DNA of 61,032 bases, filler included. It is 3 parts of 3 records of this genome, joined end to end, with 100 filler letters (N's around TTAATTAATTAA, not from the genome) between each part and the next. Parts side by side here need not be neighbours in the genome. Positions count along the whole stretch, not along the records: positions 26,104 to 35,876 come from DRR723986_9786; positions 35,977 to 61,032 come from DRR723986_9799; 1 more part is not named here. The stretch is one strand, 5' to 3'. Below the pieces are notes generated by a model. That model worked only from the letters and a program-made list of their open reading frames with translations, did no database searches and was not told the DNA's origin. Position 1 is the stretch's first letter; the number at the start of each line of letters is the position of its first letter. Made by a program: the position numbers and the translations under genes. Below are positions 31,328 through 41,079 of the stretch, piece by piece.

Positions 31328-31361
31328 TGTCAAATCGTTATTTCCCGCCAGACATATCGCT
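31328..31361 (-). promoter_or_regulatory. Putative ModE (Mo) box abutting a TTGACA -35 element for modA
   Basis: Minus strand reads AGCGATATGT-N8-AAATAACGAT-TTGACA, an imperfect palindrome resembling ModE/Mop operators. Confidence 0.6.
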
Positions 31362-31715
31362 TAGCAATTGGCGCAGCGCGTCCATCTCGGCGGTGCTGCT
31401 TTGGGTGGCGATATCCTCGATGCGCCGATAATGGGCCAGCACCTGTTGGCCGGTTTCCGACAGCGCCGCGCCGCCGCCCTGGGCGCCGCCACGGGCACGA
31501 TCGACCAAGGCAGGTTGAAAGGCTGCGTTCATTTCCTCGACCAGCGACCACGCGCGTTTGTAGCTCATGCCCATGGCGCGCCCCGCCGCCGCGATCGAGC
31601 CGGTGGCCTGTATCTGCTCTAGCAGATCGGCCTTGCCCGGCCCCAGCATGGCATCATCGCCAAACTGGATACGCAGGCGTAGGCGTGGGGGGCTGTGTGG
31701 GCTGTCTTGGGTCAT
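31338..31715 (-). CDS. modE: Short ModE regulator (HTH domain only)
   Basis: LGPGKADLL, GSIAAAGRAMGMSYKRAW, GGAQGGGA. Confidence 0.92.
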   Translation of the reverse strand: MTQDSPHSPPRLRLRIQFGDDAMLGPGKADLLEQIQATGSIAAAGRAMGMSYKRAWSLVEEMNAAFQPALVDRARGGAQGGGAALSETGQQVLAHYRRIEDIATQSSTAEMDALRQLLSDMSGGK

Positions 31716-31853
31716 GCCCCAGCTATGGCGCCAAGCGCCCCGTATTGGCAAGCAAAAGCCGCGCAAGCCCCCAGTTTGGTTGACTTTGCCCCGCTGCCCT
31801 TTCTACCGTGGCACCAGCCTTACGGCCCGGCCGCCCGCAACAGGAGACGCGCG

Positions 31854-33026
31854 ATGAATATTATGCCCATTATTGCAGATAGCACCGATGAATTGGTTGA
31901 GATCTTCAAAGATCTGCACGCCCATCCCGAATTGGGCCTGGAAGAGGTGCGCACCGCCGCCATCGTGGCGCAAAAGCTGCGCGATTACGGCGTTGACGAG
32001 GTGCATACCGGCGTCGGCAAAACCGGCGTTGTGGGCATTATTCATGGCACGGGCCAAGGCACCCGCCGCATTGGCGTGCGCGCCGATATGGATGCGCTGC
32101 CGATCGACGAGCAAACCAACCTGCCCTATGCCAGCAAACATGCCGGCAAAATGCACGCCTGTGGCCATGACAGCCACACAACCATGCTGCTGGGCGCGGC
32201 CAAGCATTTGGCCGCAACCCGCAATTTTGATGGCACCGCCGTGATGATCTTTCAGCCCGCCGAAGAGGGCTTGGGCGGTGCGCGGGGCATGCTGGCCGAT
32301 GGGTTGTTCCAGCGCTTTCCCTGTGACGAGGTCTATGGCATGCATAATTCCCCAAACACGGCACCGGGCAGCGTGGGCATTTGCAAAGGGGCGGCCATGG
32401 CGGGGGCTGCGTTTTTTGATATCACCATCACGGGCCGTGGCAGCCACGCCGCCATGCCCCAGCAATCGCGCGATGCGCTGGTGATTGCAGCCAGCTTGGT
32501 GGGGCAGTTGCAAACCATCGTCAGCCGCAACGTGGCGCCTTTGGATACCTGCGTGTTGTCTGTAACCAAGCTGAACGCCGGCACCGCCTATAACGTGGTG
32601 CCCGAAACCGCGCATATTGGCGGCACGATCCGCTATTTCAAAGACGAGGTTTACGCCACAGCCGAAACCCGCATGAAAGAGATCTGCGCAGGCGTTGCCC
32701 TGTCTTACGGGGTAGAGGTGGATTGCCAGCTGCGCAATGTCTTCGATGTGCTGGTCAATGACGATGCGCTGTCAGATGCCTATATGCAGGCCGCGGCCGA
32801 TATTGTGGGGGCAGAAAATATCGAAACCGGCATTCAGCCCGCCACCGGATCGGAAGATTTTGCCGATATGCTAAAGGTGGTTCCCGGCGCTTATTGCCGT
32901 ATTGGGCATACGGGCACCTTGCCCCTGCACAACCCCGGTTTCGTTTTGGGCACCGAGGTGTTGCCGGTGGGCGCGGCCATTATGGCGCGTATCGTCGAGC
33001 GGCGTTTGGCCCCTGCGGCGGGTTAA
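31854..33026 (+). CDS. M20 amidohydrolase (hippurate hydrolase-like)
   Basis: LHAHPEL, RADMDALP, MHACGHD, FQPAEE, SEDF, LHNP; ATG 31854 after AGGAG. Confidence 0.92.
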   Translation: MNIMPIIADSTDELVEIFKDLHAHPELGLEEVRTAAIVAQKLRDYGVDEVHTGVGKTGVVGIIHGTGQGTRRIGVRADMDALPIDEQTNLPYASKHAGKMHACGHDSHTTMLLGAAKHLAATRNFDGTAVMIFQPAEEGLGGARGMLADGLFQRFPCDEVYGMHNSPNTAPGSVGICKGAAMAGAAFFDITITGRGSHAAMPQQSRDALVIAASLVGQLQTIVSRNVAPLDTCVLSVTKLNAGTAYNVVPETAHIGGTIRYFKDEVYATAETRMKEICAGVALSYGVEVDCQLRNVFDVLVNDDALSDAYMQAAADIVGAENIETGIQPATGSEDFADMLKVVPGAYCRIGHTGTLPLHNPGFVLGTEVLPVGAAIMARIVERRLAPAAG

Positions 33027-33601
33027 TCGCCCACCGCTGCGCGCCAATGGCGGCGGCACAGGCTGACATAGGTCTCGTTGCCGCCGATTTGCACCTGTGC
33101 GCCATCGCGCAGAAACTGCCCGTCGGCGCCACGGCGGGCCACCATGGTGGCCTTTTTGCCGCAATGGCAGATGGTGCGCACCTCGCGCATTTCATCGGCC
33201 CATGCTAACAGCGCGGCCGAGCCGGGGAAAAGCGCACCGCGGAAATCCACCCGCAGGCCGTAGCACATCACCGGCAGGCCCAGATCATCGACCGCGCGCG
33301 CCAATTGCCAGACCTGCTGTTTTTCCAAAAACTGCGCTTCGTCCACAAACACGCAATCCACCGGCCCTTGGGCCAAACGGGCCTGTAGGGTGGCAAACAG
33401 ATCTTGGCCGGGGGCGAATGTATCGGCCTGGGCGCCAATGCCAATGCGGCTGGCAATGCGCGCATCGCCGGCACGGTTATCCAGTAGTGCTGTCAGCAAA
33501 TAGGGCTGCATGCCCCGCTCGCGGTAGTTATGCGCGGCCTGCAGCAAAATCGTGGATTTGCCGGCGTTCATGGTCGAGTAGTTGAAATAAAGCTTAGCCA
33601 T
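33023..33601 (-). CDS. tdk: Thymidine kinase
   Basis: MAKLYFNYSTMNAGKST, VDEAQF, YGLRVDF, ICHCG, YVSLCRRH. Confidence 0.96.
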   Translation of the reverse strand: MAKLYFNYSTMNAGKSTILLQAAHNYRERGMQPYLLTALLDNRAGDARIASRIGIGAQADTFAPGQDLFATLQARLAQGPVDCVFVDEAQFLEKQQVWQLARAVDDLGLPVMCYGLRVDFRGALFPGSAALLAWADEMREVRTICHCGKKATMVARRGADGQFLRDGAQVQIGGNETYVSLCRRHWRAAVGD

Positions 33602-33824
33602 GCCGCCCTTTACTGCCTGGGCAGGTGCCAAGGCAAGATGCCCGACACACCTTGCAGTTTGGAATGAGAGCATGCCGCGCCATAACGAGGTTGCTGACAC
33701 GGGCTGGGGGTGCGGATTAACCTTGCCTTGACAGTCTGGAAAATGCCAAATCGATACATCGTGGTGAATGGGAAAATACCCGCGCGCTTCCCCGCTGGTG
33801 CGGGTCACATGGGTTGGTTTTGGT

Positions 33825-34286
33825 ATGAATATTGGTAACTATCTGAAAAAACACACAGAAGCCTTGGTAAAGGATGTAGGTATCGAACAGGCCTGCAAAC
33901 TAACGGGCAAATCAAAGGCCACGCTGGGGCGCTATTATTCTGACAGCGACGAGCATAGCGGCCGTTACATGCCCGTTGATGCGGTTGCCGCGCTAGAGGC
34001 GGCTGCCAGTTTCCCCCATGTCACCTGCGCCTTGGCAGAATTGCGCGGCAGCACCCTAAACCACGACACCCGCCGCCCAAACACCCGCAATGGCGGGGTG
34101 AATAGCGATGTCATCGCGCTGAGCCAGCGGTTTGGCATGTTGATGGCCGAATATCACCAATCGATCGAAGATGGGGTGATTTCGGTGAACGAGGCTAAGC
34201 GGCTGCTAAAAGAAACCGTGGCGCTGCAGCAAGTTTTGATCGATATGAAGCTGCATTTGGAAACCGATACCATCAAACCCGTTTAA
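33825..34286 (+). CDS. Hypothetical HTH protein resembling phage CII/CP76-type regulators
   Basis: N-terminal HTH-like GIEQACKLTGKSKATLGRY; C-terminal helical hairpin with DGVISVNE. Confidence 0.6.
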   Translation: MNIGNYLKKHTEALVKDVGIEQACKLTGKSKATLGRYYSDSDEHSGRYMPVDAVAALEAAASFPHVTCALAELRGSTLNHDTRRPNTRNGGVNSDVIALSQRFGMLMAEYHQSIEDGVISVNEAKRLLKETVALQQVLIDMKLHLETDTIKPV

Positions 34287-34360
34287 GACTGCTGCAAAAT
34301 TTGACCATAAAAGACGGGGCCATCATGGCCCCGTTTTCGTGTTTTTCTGGGTCACGCGGC

Positions 34361-35876
34361 CTATTGGGCGGCGGCGCCTTGCAGCGCCATCACCCCAAAA
34401 TCACCCTTGGCGCGGGCCTCCATCGCTTGGGCTGCGGCAATCGCGCCGGCGGCGGTGGTGAAATAGGGAATGCGATCGTAGAGCGCAACCGAGCGGATCT
34501 CGCGGCTGTCTTCCACCGCTTGAGTGCCTTCGGTGGTGTTAAACAGCAGCGCGATTTGCCCGTCTTTCAGCAGATCCACAATGTTGGGCCGGCCTTCGTA
34601 GACCTTGTTGACAACCTCGCAGGCCACACCGTGTTCGCCCAGCCATGCAGCAGTGCCGCGGGTGGCCACGATTTCTAGGCCCAGCTGCACAAGGGTTTGC
34701 GCGGCCTCGGCCATTTGCTGGCTTTTGTCGGCGTCTTTGATCGATACAAACACCCGCCCCTCGGTGGGCAGAACGGTGCCCGCGCCCAGCTGTGCTTTCA
34801 GGAAGGCCAGCGGGAACGAGATATCCCAGCCCATCACCTCGCCGGTCGAGCGCATTTCCGGGCCCAGAATGGTATCGACACCGGGGAAACGGGCAAAGGG
34901 CAGCACGGCCTCTTTCACCGAGAACCACGGCATATCGGGGTCGGCCAGCGTCAGCGGGTTGGCCAGCGGCTGCGAGCCGGGTTTGGCGCCGGCCGGATAG
35001 CCGCCGCGCAGGGGGAAGTTTTCCATCGGTTCGCCCGCCATCAGCCGCGCCGCGATAGAGGCAATGGCGCTGTCGGTGGCCTTGGCCACAAAAGGCACCG
35101 TGCGCGAGGCGCGGGGGTTTACCTCGATCAGGTAGATCTCGTCGTCTTTGACGGCAAATTGCACGTTCATCAGGCCAACCACGCCCAAGGCCAGGGCCAG
35201 CGCCTCGGTTTGGCGTTTGATTTCATCGATGATGTGGCGCGGCAGCGAATAGGGGGGCAGCGAACAGGCGCTATCACCCGAGTGCACGCCGGCCTCTTCG
35301 ATATGCTGCATGATCCCCGCCACATGCACTGTTTTGCCGTCAGACAGGGCATCAACATCGCATTCGATGGCGCCAGACAGGTAGCTGTCTAGCAGCACAG
35401 GGCTGTCGCCCGACACCACCACCGCCTCGCGGATATACCGCTCGAGCTGGGTCATATCACGCACGATTTCCATGGCACGCCCGCCCAGCACATACGAGGG
35501 GCGGATGACCAGCGGAAAGCCGATTTCATCGGCAATCGCCAGCGCCTGCGCATCGCTGGAGGCAATGCCGTTATGGGGCTGTTTCAGGCCCAAACGATGA
35601 ACCAGCTGCTGGAAACGCTCGCGGTCTTCGGCCAGATCGATCGCATCGGGCGTGGTGCCCAGAATTGGAATGCCCTCTTCATACAGCGCATTGGCCAGTT
35701 TCAACGGGGTTTGGCCGCCAAATTGCACAATCACCCCATGCAGCGTGCCATTTTGCTGCTCGACCCGCAGAATTTCCATGACATGTTCAAATGTCAGAGG
35801 CTCGAAATACAGGCGGTCTGATGTGTCGTAATCGGTCGATACGGTTTCGGGGTTGCAGTTGATCATGATGGTTTCA
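34361..35876 (-). CDS. carB: Carbamoyl-phosphate synthase large subunit, C-terminal part (truncated)
   Basis: [52 protein letters not shown] domain. Confidence 0.97.
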
Positions 35877-35976
35877 NNNNNNNNNNNNNNNNNNNNNNNN
35901 NNNNNNNNNNNNNNNNNNNNTTAATTAATTAANNNNNNNNNNNNNNNNNNNNNNNNNNNNNNNNNNNNNNNNNNNN
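35877..35976. other. Artificial contig spacer
   Basis: 44 N + TTAATTAATTAA + 44 N, identical to the first spacer. Confidence 0.98.
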
Positions 35977-36083
35977 CTGAATGCAATGAAAGGGGCGCAG
36001 CGCTCTGAGACCTAAACCGGGAGTAACTCGGAAATCAAAAACAATTGTGACTGTTGGCCGGAGTTGTGGACGAGTTGTTTAAC

Positions 36084-36118
36084 AAAAAAGGGGAGATGTC
36101 CCTCTTGAACATCTCCCC
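36084..36118 (-). terminator. Intrinsic terminator of the BNR-repeat gene
   Basis: GGGGAGATGT / ACATCTCCCC stem with A6 on its left (U tract on the minus strand). Confidence 0.8.
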
Positions 36119-36160
36119 AGATTTAACTTCTCAAATTTGCAATAATGCTGCAGCCGGAAC

Positions 36161-39076
36161 TTAACGCGCCACTACAAAACGCAAGTTGCGCACAGTTGCT
36201 CCTTCGCGCACAACCGCACTGTAGGTGCCGGGCGCCAGATTTTTAACATCCAGAATAATGTGATAGTTGTCGGAGCTGACAAATGCTGCCGGTTGCCTGC
36301 GCCCAAAGATGTCAAAAATGTCAATCTGCAGGCCGTACATGTTAAGCGGCGCTTCGCTGCCAATAGTTAAGAGCGTGTTGACGGGATTCGGAAAGGTCTT
36401 TAAGCCGGAAGCCTGCTGCACGTCCAGAACGCCGGTCACAACCTGGTAGTTGATGTCATCTACGTACCAGCCGCGATTATTGCGGAAAACATTGCTGTTA
36501 AAACGGAAGCGCACGTAGACAATGTCGCCCTGCTCCGCACTGATTTCCAGGCGTTCCATTTTCCAGTCGTCGGCATTAAACACGCCGTCGTCCCAGGCCT
36601 CGTAGTTGCGCGTATCAAATGCGGCCAGTAGCTGCCAGTCGTCGAGAGAGTTAAGTGAGTACTCCACAATCGCCGAGTCTGCCACGGTTACAATCGCCGC
36701 ATGTGCAAAACGCAGTTCGGCACGGCTGTTGTCGCGCAGTTCAAAAGGGAAGAATGTAATCGTATCGGCTTCGCGTGTGCCGTAGTCGCCGCCGCGCGAT
36801 TCTGTTAAACAATTTGGCGCCGAAAGTGAAATTTCGTCCGTTACTTCCCAGCCGCCGCCAATCAAATATTTGGGCAGGGAGGCTCCATCAAAGTTTTCAG
36901 TGATGGTGCTTTCAATTGGCCCCACATAGGTCAGGATTTCATTGCTTAAATCGCTTTCATTTGGCGGTACGTTGTCGTCAATCGCCGTGATACGGAAACG
37001 ATAAAAACCGGGCTCGGGGACGGTTACGAGCTGTCGTTTGATGTTAACAGTATCGTCAACATTGAAGCTGTCTTCAATTACGATCACGCCATCGCGATAA
37101 ACGCGAATTGCACCTGGGTTAACAAATGGTGTTAAACCATCAGCGCGCTGGCTGGGGAGTTTAATTTCCAACTCAATATCGGTCGTTCCCCCGGGATTGG
37201 TTGCAATCAGTGTTGGAGTGCCCGGTTTGCGCGTACCGCCCGCAAAAGCGGAAAGTCGGCAGGGATAACTTCTATCATCTGCTGTTACAACATAAATGTC
37301 ATAAACATATTCGCGATAAGCTTCCAGGTCATCTTCCTTGTATACCTGTGTGCCCGGTGGAACATTTTCCCTGAGCACTTCTCCGTCGCGGAAAATAGTG
37401 TAGGTGAAGTCAATCATGTTCAGCTCGGCACCAAAGGCGCGTTCTGTCGGGATGTCCCAGCGCAGCTCCAAATCTGTTGGCCGCTCGGGAAAAACTTCAA
37501 TTGTTGCGTTAAGGATGGGCGTTGGTTTGTCAATTTTAACAACGGCCGAATACACGTCGCTGAAGGCGGTGCCTTCGCGTGTATCGTACCAGGATGGATA
37601 CACAATGCCGCCGTGGAAGGCATTACCGCTGTAATCACCGGCAAAGGACTGCCCGGTAAACGGATTCAGGCGGATGTCGGTCGGCCGGTCGGAAACGCGG
37701 CGGTCAATCCATGTGTCGCCGCCGTCATTTGAGTAAGCCACATAACAGTGGACTTCCAGATTCTCCGGATCGTCGCGGCTGTCCAGATACATGACCGCCA
37801 GATCGCCATTGGTTGGGTCAATTGCCAGCCAGGGCCAGAACTGATCGTTCGTGGGGTCAGAATGCACAACTTTGGGATCCGTCCAGGTCTCGCCGCCGTC
37901 AAGTGAGCGTGAGAAGTAGATATTCGGTACGCGGTCTGCCGCCCAGCAGAGGTAGAGCCAGCCATTGCGTTCGCCGCCGGTAACATCACATTGGATAGTT
38001 GGGTAGGCTTCGGCGCGCACCAATCCTTTGAGCGTATGCCGGAATGTTAACGTACCGCTCTCCGGGATTTCACGCGTTACACCAAAAATGTCATAGGTGT
38101 GAATCACGCGCGGCGGGCTGAAAGTCTGCGCGCCATCCAGTGAGCGGCTAAAACCGACGGAGTGGCGCGGCCCCCAGTTCCAGGCGCAGTAGACTTCGCC
38201 GTTGGGACCGGTGGTTGAGATTGGAAAACTTTGGCCAAAAGTTGTGTCTTCGGACGTGCCGGAGAGGCGATCGCTGATTGGAACGGGCGGCAACCAGGTG
38301 CGACCTTTGTCCAGCGAACGCGCCATCACGATCTGCGTGGAGGAGTCGGCGTCGATAACGCGCTTCCAGGGGCAGTAAAGATTGCCGAAGAACTCTGAGC
38401 TACTGCTGTTGTCGCTCTCAATGTAATATTTGTCTTCAAAGGTTGAGTCTTCTGTTTGTGCCAGGTCGTGCAGGATGATCGGGTTGTGCGCTTCCCAGTT
38501 GCGACCCTCATCATCGCTGGTAGCGATAAACACACCATTCTGTCCGGGAACGCCCGTGCCCGGCTGGCCGAAGCCGCCATAGACCAGATATGCGCGTCCG
38601 TCGGCTCCAAACGTGACGGAGGGATCATTGGTTGAGCGCCAGTTCGGGAATGGATGCCCGAGGCTGATGTTCTCCCAGCTGGCGCCGCCGTCATGTGAGA
38701 CATAAACCCAGGTTGAGGATGCCTGGCGGTAGTCCACCGCCGAGGCAATCAGATTTTGTGGGTTGGTTGGGTTTACTGCGATTGAGGATTCGTTCTGCAC
38801 CGGCAGCGCTTCTCCGTCTTCCGGCGCAATCAGGTCGGCATTGAGAAAGTAGGAATGTGGGCTGGCGGGCGATAGGATGTAGGGCGCGGGTTCATAGTTG
38901 TCATAGTCGAAGTCCGCCGGCAGCGGATGCGCCCGCAGCTGGTGCAGGCGTGCGCGTTTCTCGTACTTGCGGATGCGCTTTTCAGCTGCCGACTCTTTTT
39001 CGTCGCCCGCGGTGGCAGGCGCAAAGGCGAGGATGGCACAGGCGGCCGTGAGAATCAAAGTGTATGTAAGCTTCAT
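36161..39076 (-). CDS. Secreted Asp-box (BNR) beta-propeller protein, sialidase-like, with Fn3-like domains and T9SS type A sorting domain
   Basis: Signal peptide MKLTYTLIL; six SxDxGxTW-like boxes (SHDGGASW, SDDEGRNW, SLDKGRTW, SLDGAQTF, SLDGGETW, SNDGGDTW); C-terminal FPNPVN...LAPGTY. Confidence 0.85.
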   Translation of the reverse strand: MKLTYTLILTAACAILAFAPATAGDEKESAAEKRIRKYEKRARLHQLRAHPLPADFDYDNYEPAPYILSPASPHSYFLNADLIAPEDGEALPVQNESSIAVNPTNPQNLIASAVDYRQASSTWVYVSHDGGASWENISLGHPFPNWRSTNDPSVTFGADGRAYLVYGGFGQPGTGVPGQNGVFIATSDDEGRNWEAHNPIILHDLAQTEDSTFEDKYYIESDNSSSSEFFGNLYCPWKRVIDADSSTQIVMARSLDKGRTWLPPVPISDRLSGTSEDTTFGQSFPISTTGPNGEVYCAWNWGPRHSVGFSRSLDGAQTFSPPRVIHTYDIFGVTREIPESGTLTFRHTLKGLVRAEAYPTIQCDVTGGERNGWLYLCWAADRVPNIYFSRSLDGGETWTDPKVVHSDPTNDQFWPWLAIDPTNGDLAVMYLDSRDDPENLEVHCYVAYSNDGGDTWIDRRVSDRPTDIRLNPFTGQSFAGDYSGNAFHGGIVYPSWYDTREGTAFSDVYSAVVKIDKPTPILNATIEVFPERPTDLELRWDIPTERAFGAELNMIDFTYTIFRDGEVLRENVPPGTQVYKEDDLEAYREYVYDIYVVTADDRSYPCRLSAFAGGTRKPGTPTLIATNPGGTTDIELEIKLPSQRADGLTPFVNPGAIRVYRDGVIVIEDSFNVDDTVNIKRQLVTVPEPGFYRFRITAIDDNVPPNESDLSNEILTYVGPIESTITENFDGASLPKYLIGGGWEVTDEISLSAPNCLTESRGGDYGTREADTITFFPFELRDNSRAELRFAHAAIVTVADSAIVEYSLNSLDDWQLLAAFDTRNYEAWDDGVFNADDWKMERLEISAEQGDIVYVRFRFNSNVFRNNRGWYVDDINYQVVTGVLDVQQASGLKTFPNPVNTLLTIGSEAPLNMYGLQIDIFDIFGRRQPAAFVSSDNYHIILDVKNLAPGTYSAVVREGATVRNLRFVVAR

Positions 39077-39300
39077 GTTCGGCAAGAATAATTTAGTCCA
39101 AAAATCAATGAGAGAGTCCTTGTAGAGCCCCTGCGGAAGATACAAAAAATCTGATGGTGCGAGGCTTGCATGCGGCATCAATTCTAGAAACCGCAAATTC
39201 GTGTGCAGTTGCAGGTGAAACATGCGCTGCCTGCCGCTCCACAGCCCTGCAAAATGAATTCGAGAGGTCAGTTCCTTAGGTCGGTGTGCGCCTGCCCTTC

Positions 39301-40800
39301 TCAGGTTCCACCGAAGCCGTCCCACTCCCAGCCCGGAACCGCCAGGCCACTCAAGCGCTCAAACTGCTGCACCAGCCAGTGATAGGGCAGTAGATGCGCG
39401 GTGCGCACCATCACGTTTTCCGCGTCAATTGCAGCGACGTCCTTTTGCAGTTCCTGCCAGCGGATTTTGGCCTCTTCGCCGGGCAGGAGCGAGTATTTTA
39501 ACAGGCGGCCGATCAGTTTGACAGTCTCAAAGAACCATTGATTGTCATTGTTGTTTGCCTCGTTGTAGTGCAGCATGTGCTGCAGGTTTTGCTGACGGCG
39601 TTCGGCTTCGTCAAGATTGCCGCTCAGGAACTCCGCAGCTAATAAAATGAAACGCTGAAAAGCGCGTTGGCGAACCGTCTCAAAATTTGGCATGTCAATT
39701 GCGGCTTGTTGCGCTGCCCGGCAGTCACCAGTTAATATGCGTGCCATGTTTGTTATTAACATATAGTCGGCACGCATGCGTGGCGAATCGAGCAAATGTT
39801 TATCGAGTCCTAGGCAGTTCTCAACGACTTCCGCGTAATTTTTGCGACTAACCGGCCAGTCGACAAATGCGGTTGCTATTTCGGTTGAGACGGCTTGTGG
39901 GTGTGCCTCGGCTTCAGCCTTGAAGATGTGATAATACTTCTCCCAATTTTCGATATCGCGGCTAATGCTTAAACAACTGAGGATATCGGATAAGATTATC
40001 AGCTTCTGTTTCTGGTGGTCTTTGCCATAAACATTGGCGCGGCCAAGGTGTTCATACGCCAACTTCAGCGCCTTAAACTTCGCCTGCACCTCTTGGGTCA
40101 TTGCCAGTGTTTTGTACAAGACGGAAAGTGAGTAATCATCGTTCCATTGCGGATCTGTTAAGTCTACCTGGCGCAGTTGAGGAGGGAAGGGAATGTCGCG
40201 CTGCATTAACCGCAATTCGCTGGTGGCCCATGTGCCCACCAGCTCACTCTCGCGCAGGGCATGCACGAATTGGCGTGCATGCATGTGGCCGGCCTTCTGA
40301 TAATAATTGATCAGTTTTTCGTACTTGCCGGCCTTAAAGTTGTCTTCTGTCAGGTACAGCAGTTGGGCCGCCTGCCAGGCGCTGTGTGCCAGGTATTCCC
40401 ACTGTGAGTGTTCGTGCGCACCTTCCTGCAATTTGTTAAACTGTTCACTGAACAAATCGACCTGTTTGCGGTGCTTATAGGCATCCTGCAGCCAGCGGCC
40501 CTTGATATATGGGTTTTTCTTGCAGGCCTGCCGGAACTCCTCAATAGCGATGAAGTCGGTCAGTTCCTTGTTTAGGAGGCGCAGTTCATTGCGCAGCAGG
40601 TAGTCTTTGCTACTGGTATAGGGTTTGTCAAATGCAGCCTTAAACAAGTCTTCTTTCCTGACTGTTTCGGCGTGTTCCAGTGCGTGTTTAATTGCGCGGA
40701 ACAAGTGCAGCAGGCCGGGGCGGATATGTGTTTGCAGTGTGCTCTCCAAACTCCGCCGTTCGTTGGCTGTCAGGCATTCTACCAGCTGAACAGTTTTCAC
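39301..40800 (-). CDS. Hypothetical ~500-aa helical protein, paralogue 1 (putative wHTH + TPR-like)
   Basis: GTG 40800 after AGAGAGG; aligns end to end with 41080-42612. Confidence 0.8.
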   Translation of the reverse strand: MKTVQLVECLTANERRSLESTLQTHIRPGLLHLFRAIKHALEHAETVRKEDLFKAAFDKPYTSSKDYLLRNELRLLNKELTDFIAIEEFRQACKKNPYIKGRWLQDAYKHRKQVDLFSEQFNKLQEGAHEHSQWEYLAHSAWQAAQLLYLTEDNFKAGKYEKLINYYQKAGHMHARQFVHALRESELVGTWATSELRLMQRDIPFPPQLRQVDLTDPQWNDDYSLSVLYKTLAMTQEVQAKFKALKLAYEHLGRANVYGKDHQKQKLIILSDILSCLSISRDIENWEKYYHIFKAEAEAHPQAVSTEIATAFVDWPVSRKNYAEVVENCLGLDKHLLDSPRMRADYMLITNMARILTGDCRAAQQAAIDMPNFETVRQRAFQRFILLAAEFLSGNLDEAERRQQNLQHMLHYNEANNNDNQWFFETVKLIGRLLKYSLLPGEEAKIRWQELQKDVAAIDAENVMVRTAHLLPYHWLVQQFERLSGLAVPGWEWDGFGGT

Positions 40801-41079
40801 GTTGTATATGCCTCTCTCTTGTTTGCACTGCATCCTGGGCGGAAAGATAAACATTTTCCTGGCGGATTGGGCATCTACTCCGAACACTGAATGGGCTCTT
40901 TGTGCGCATGGCTTGGTGGGTTTGAACGATGGTTTAACCGTGCATTCACTTGACCGCTGGTAGAGTGTACAGACACCAGGCAAGTCATTGAAAGACTCCC
41001 CGCGAAAGATTGGCTGACATGCATGTTCTCAATGCAGCTGATGCCGGATTGTTCATTGTGATGTGTTGTGGCGAAGCAA

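Noticed and set aside
26738-35392. Many long overlapping alternative-frame ORFs in contig B (e.g. 26738-27502, 30833-31783, 31803-32615, 34697-35392)
   Set aside because: Expected in high-GC DNA; they overlap well-supported genes and have Arg/Pro/Ala-rich, motif-free translations.
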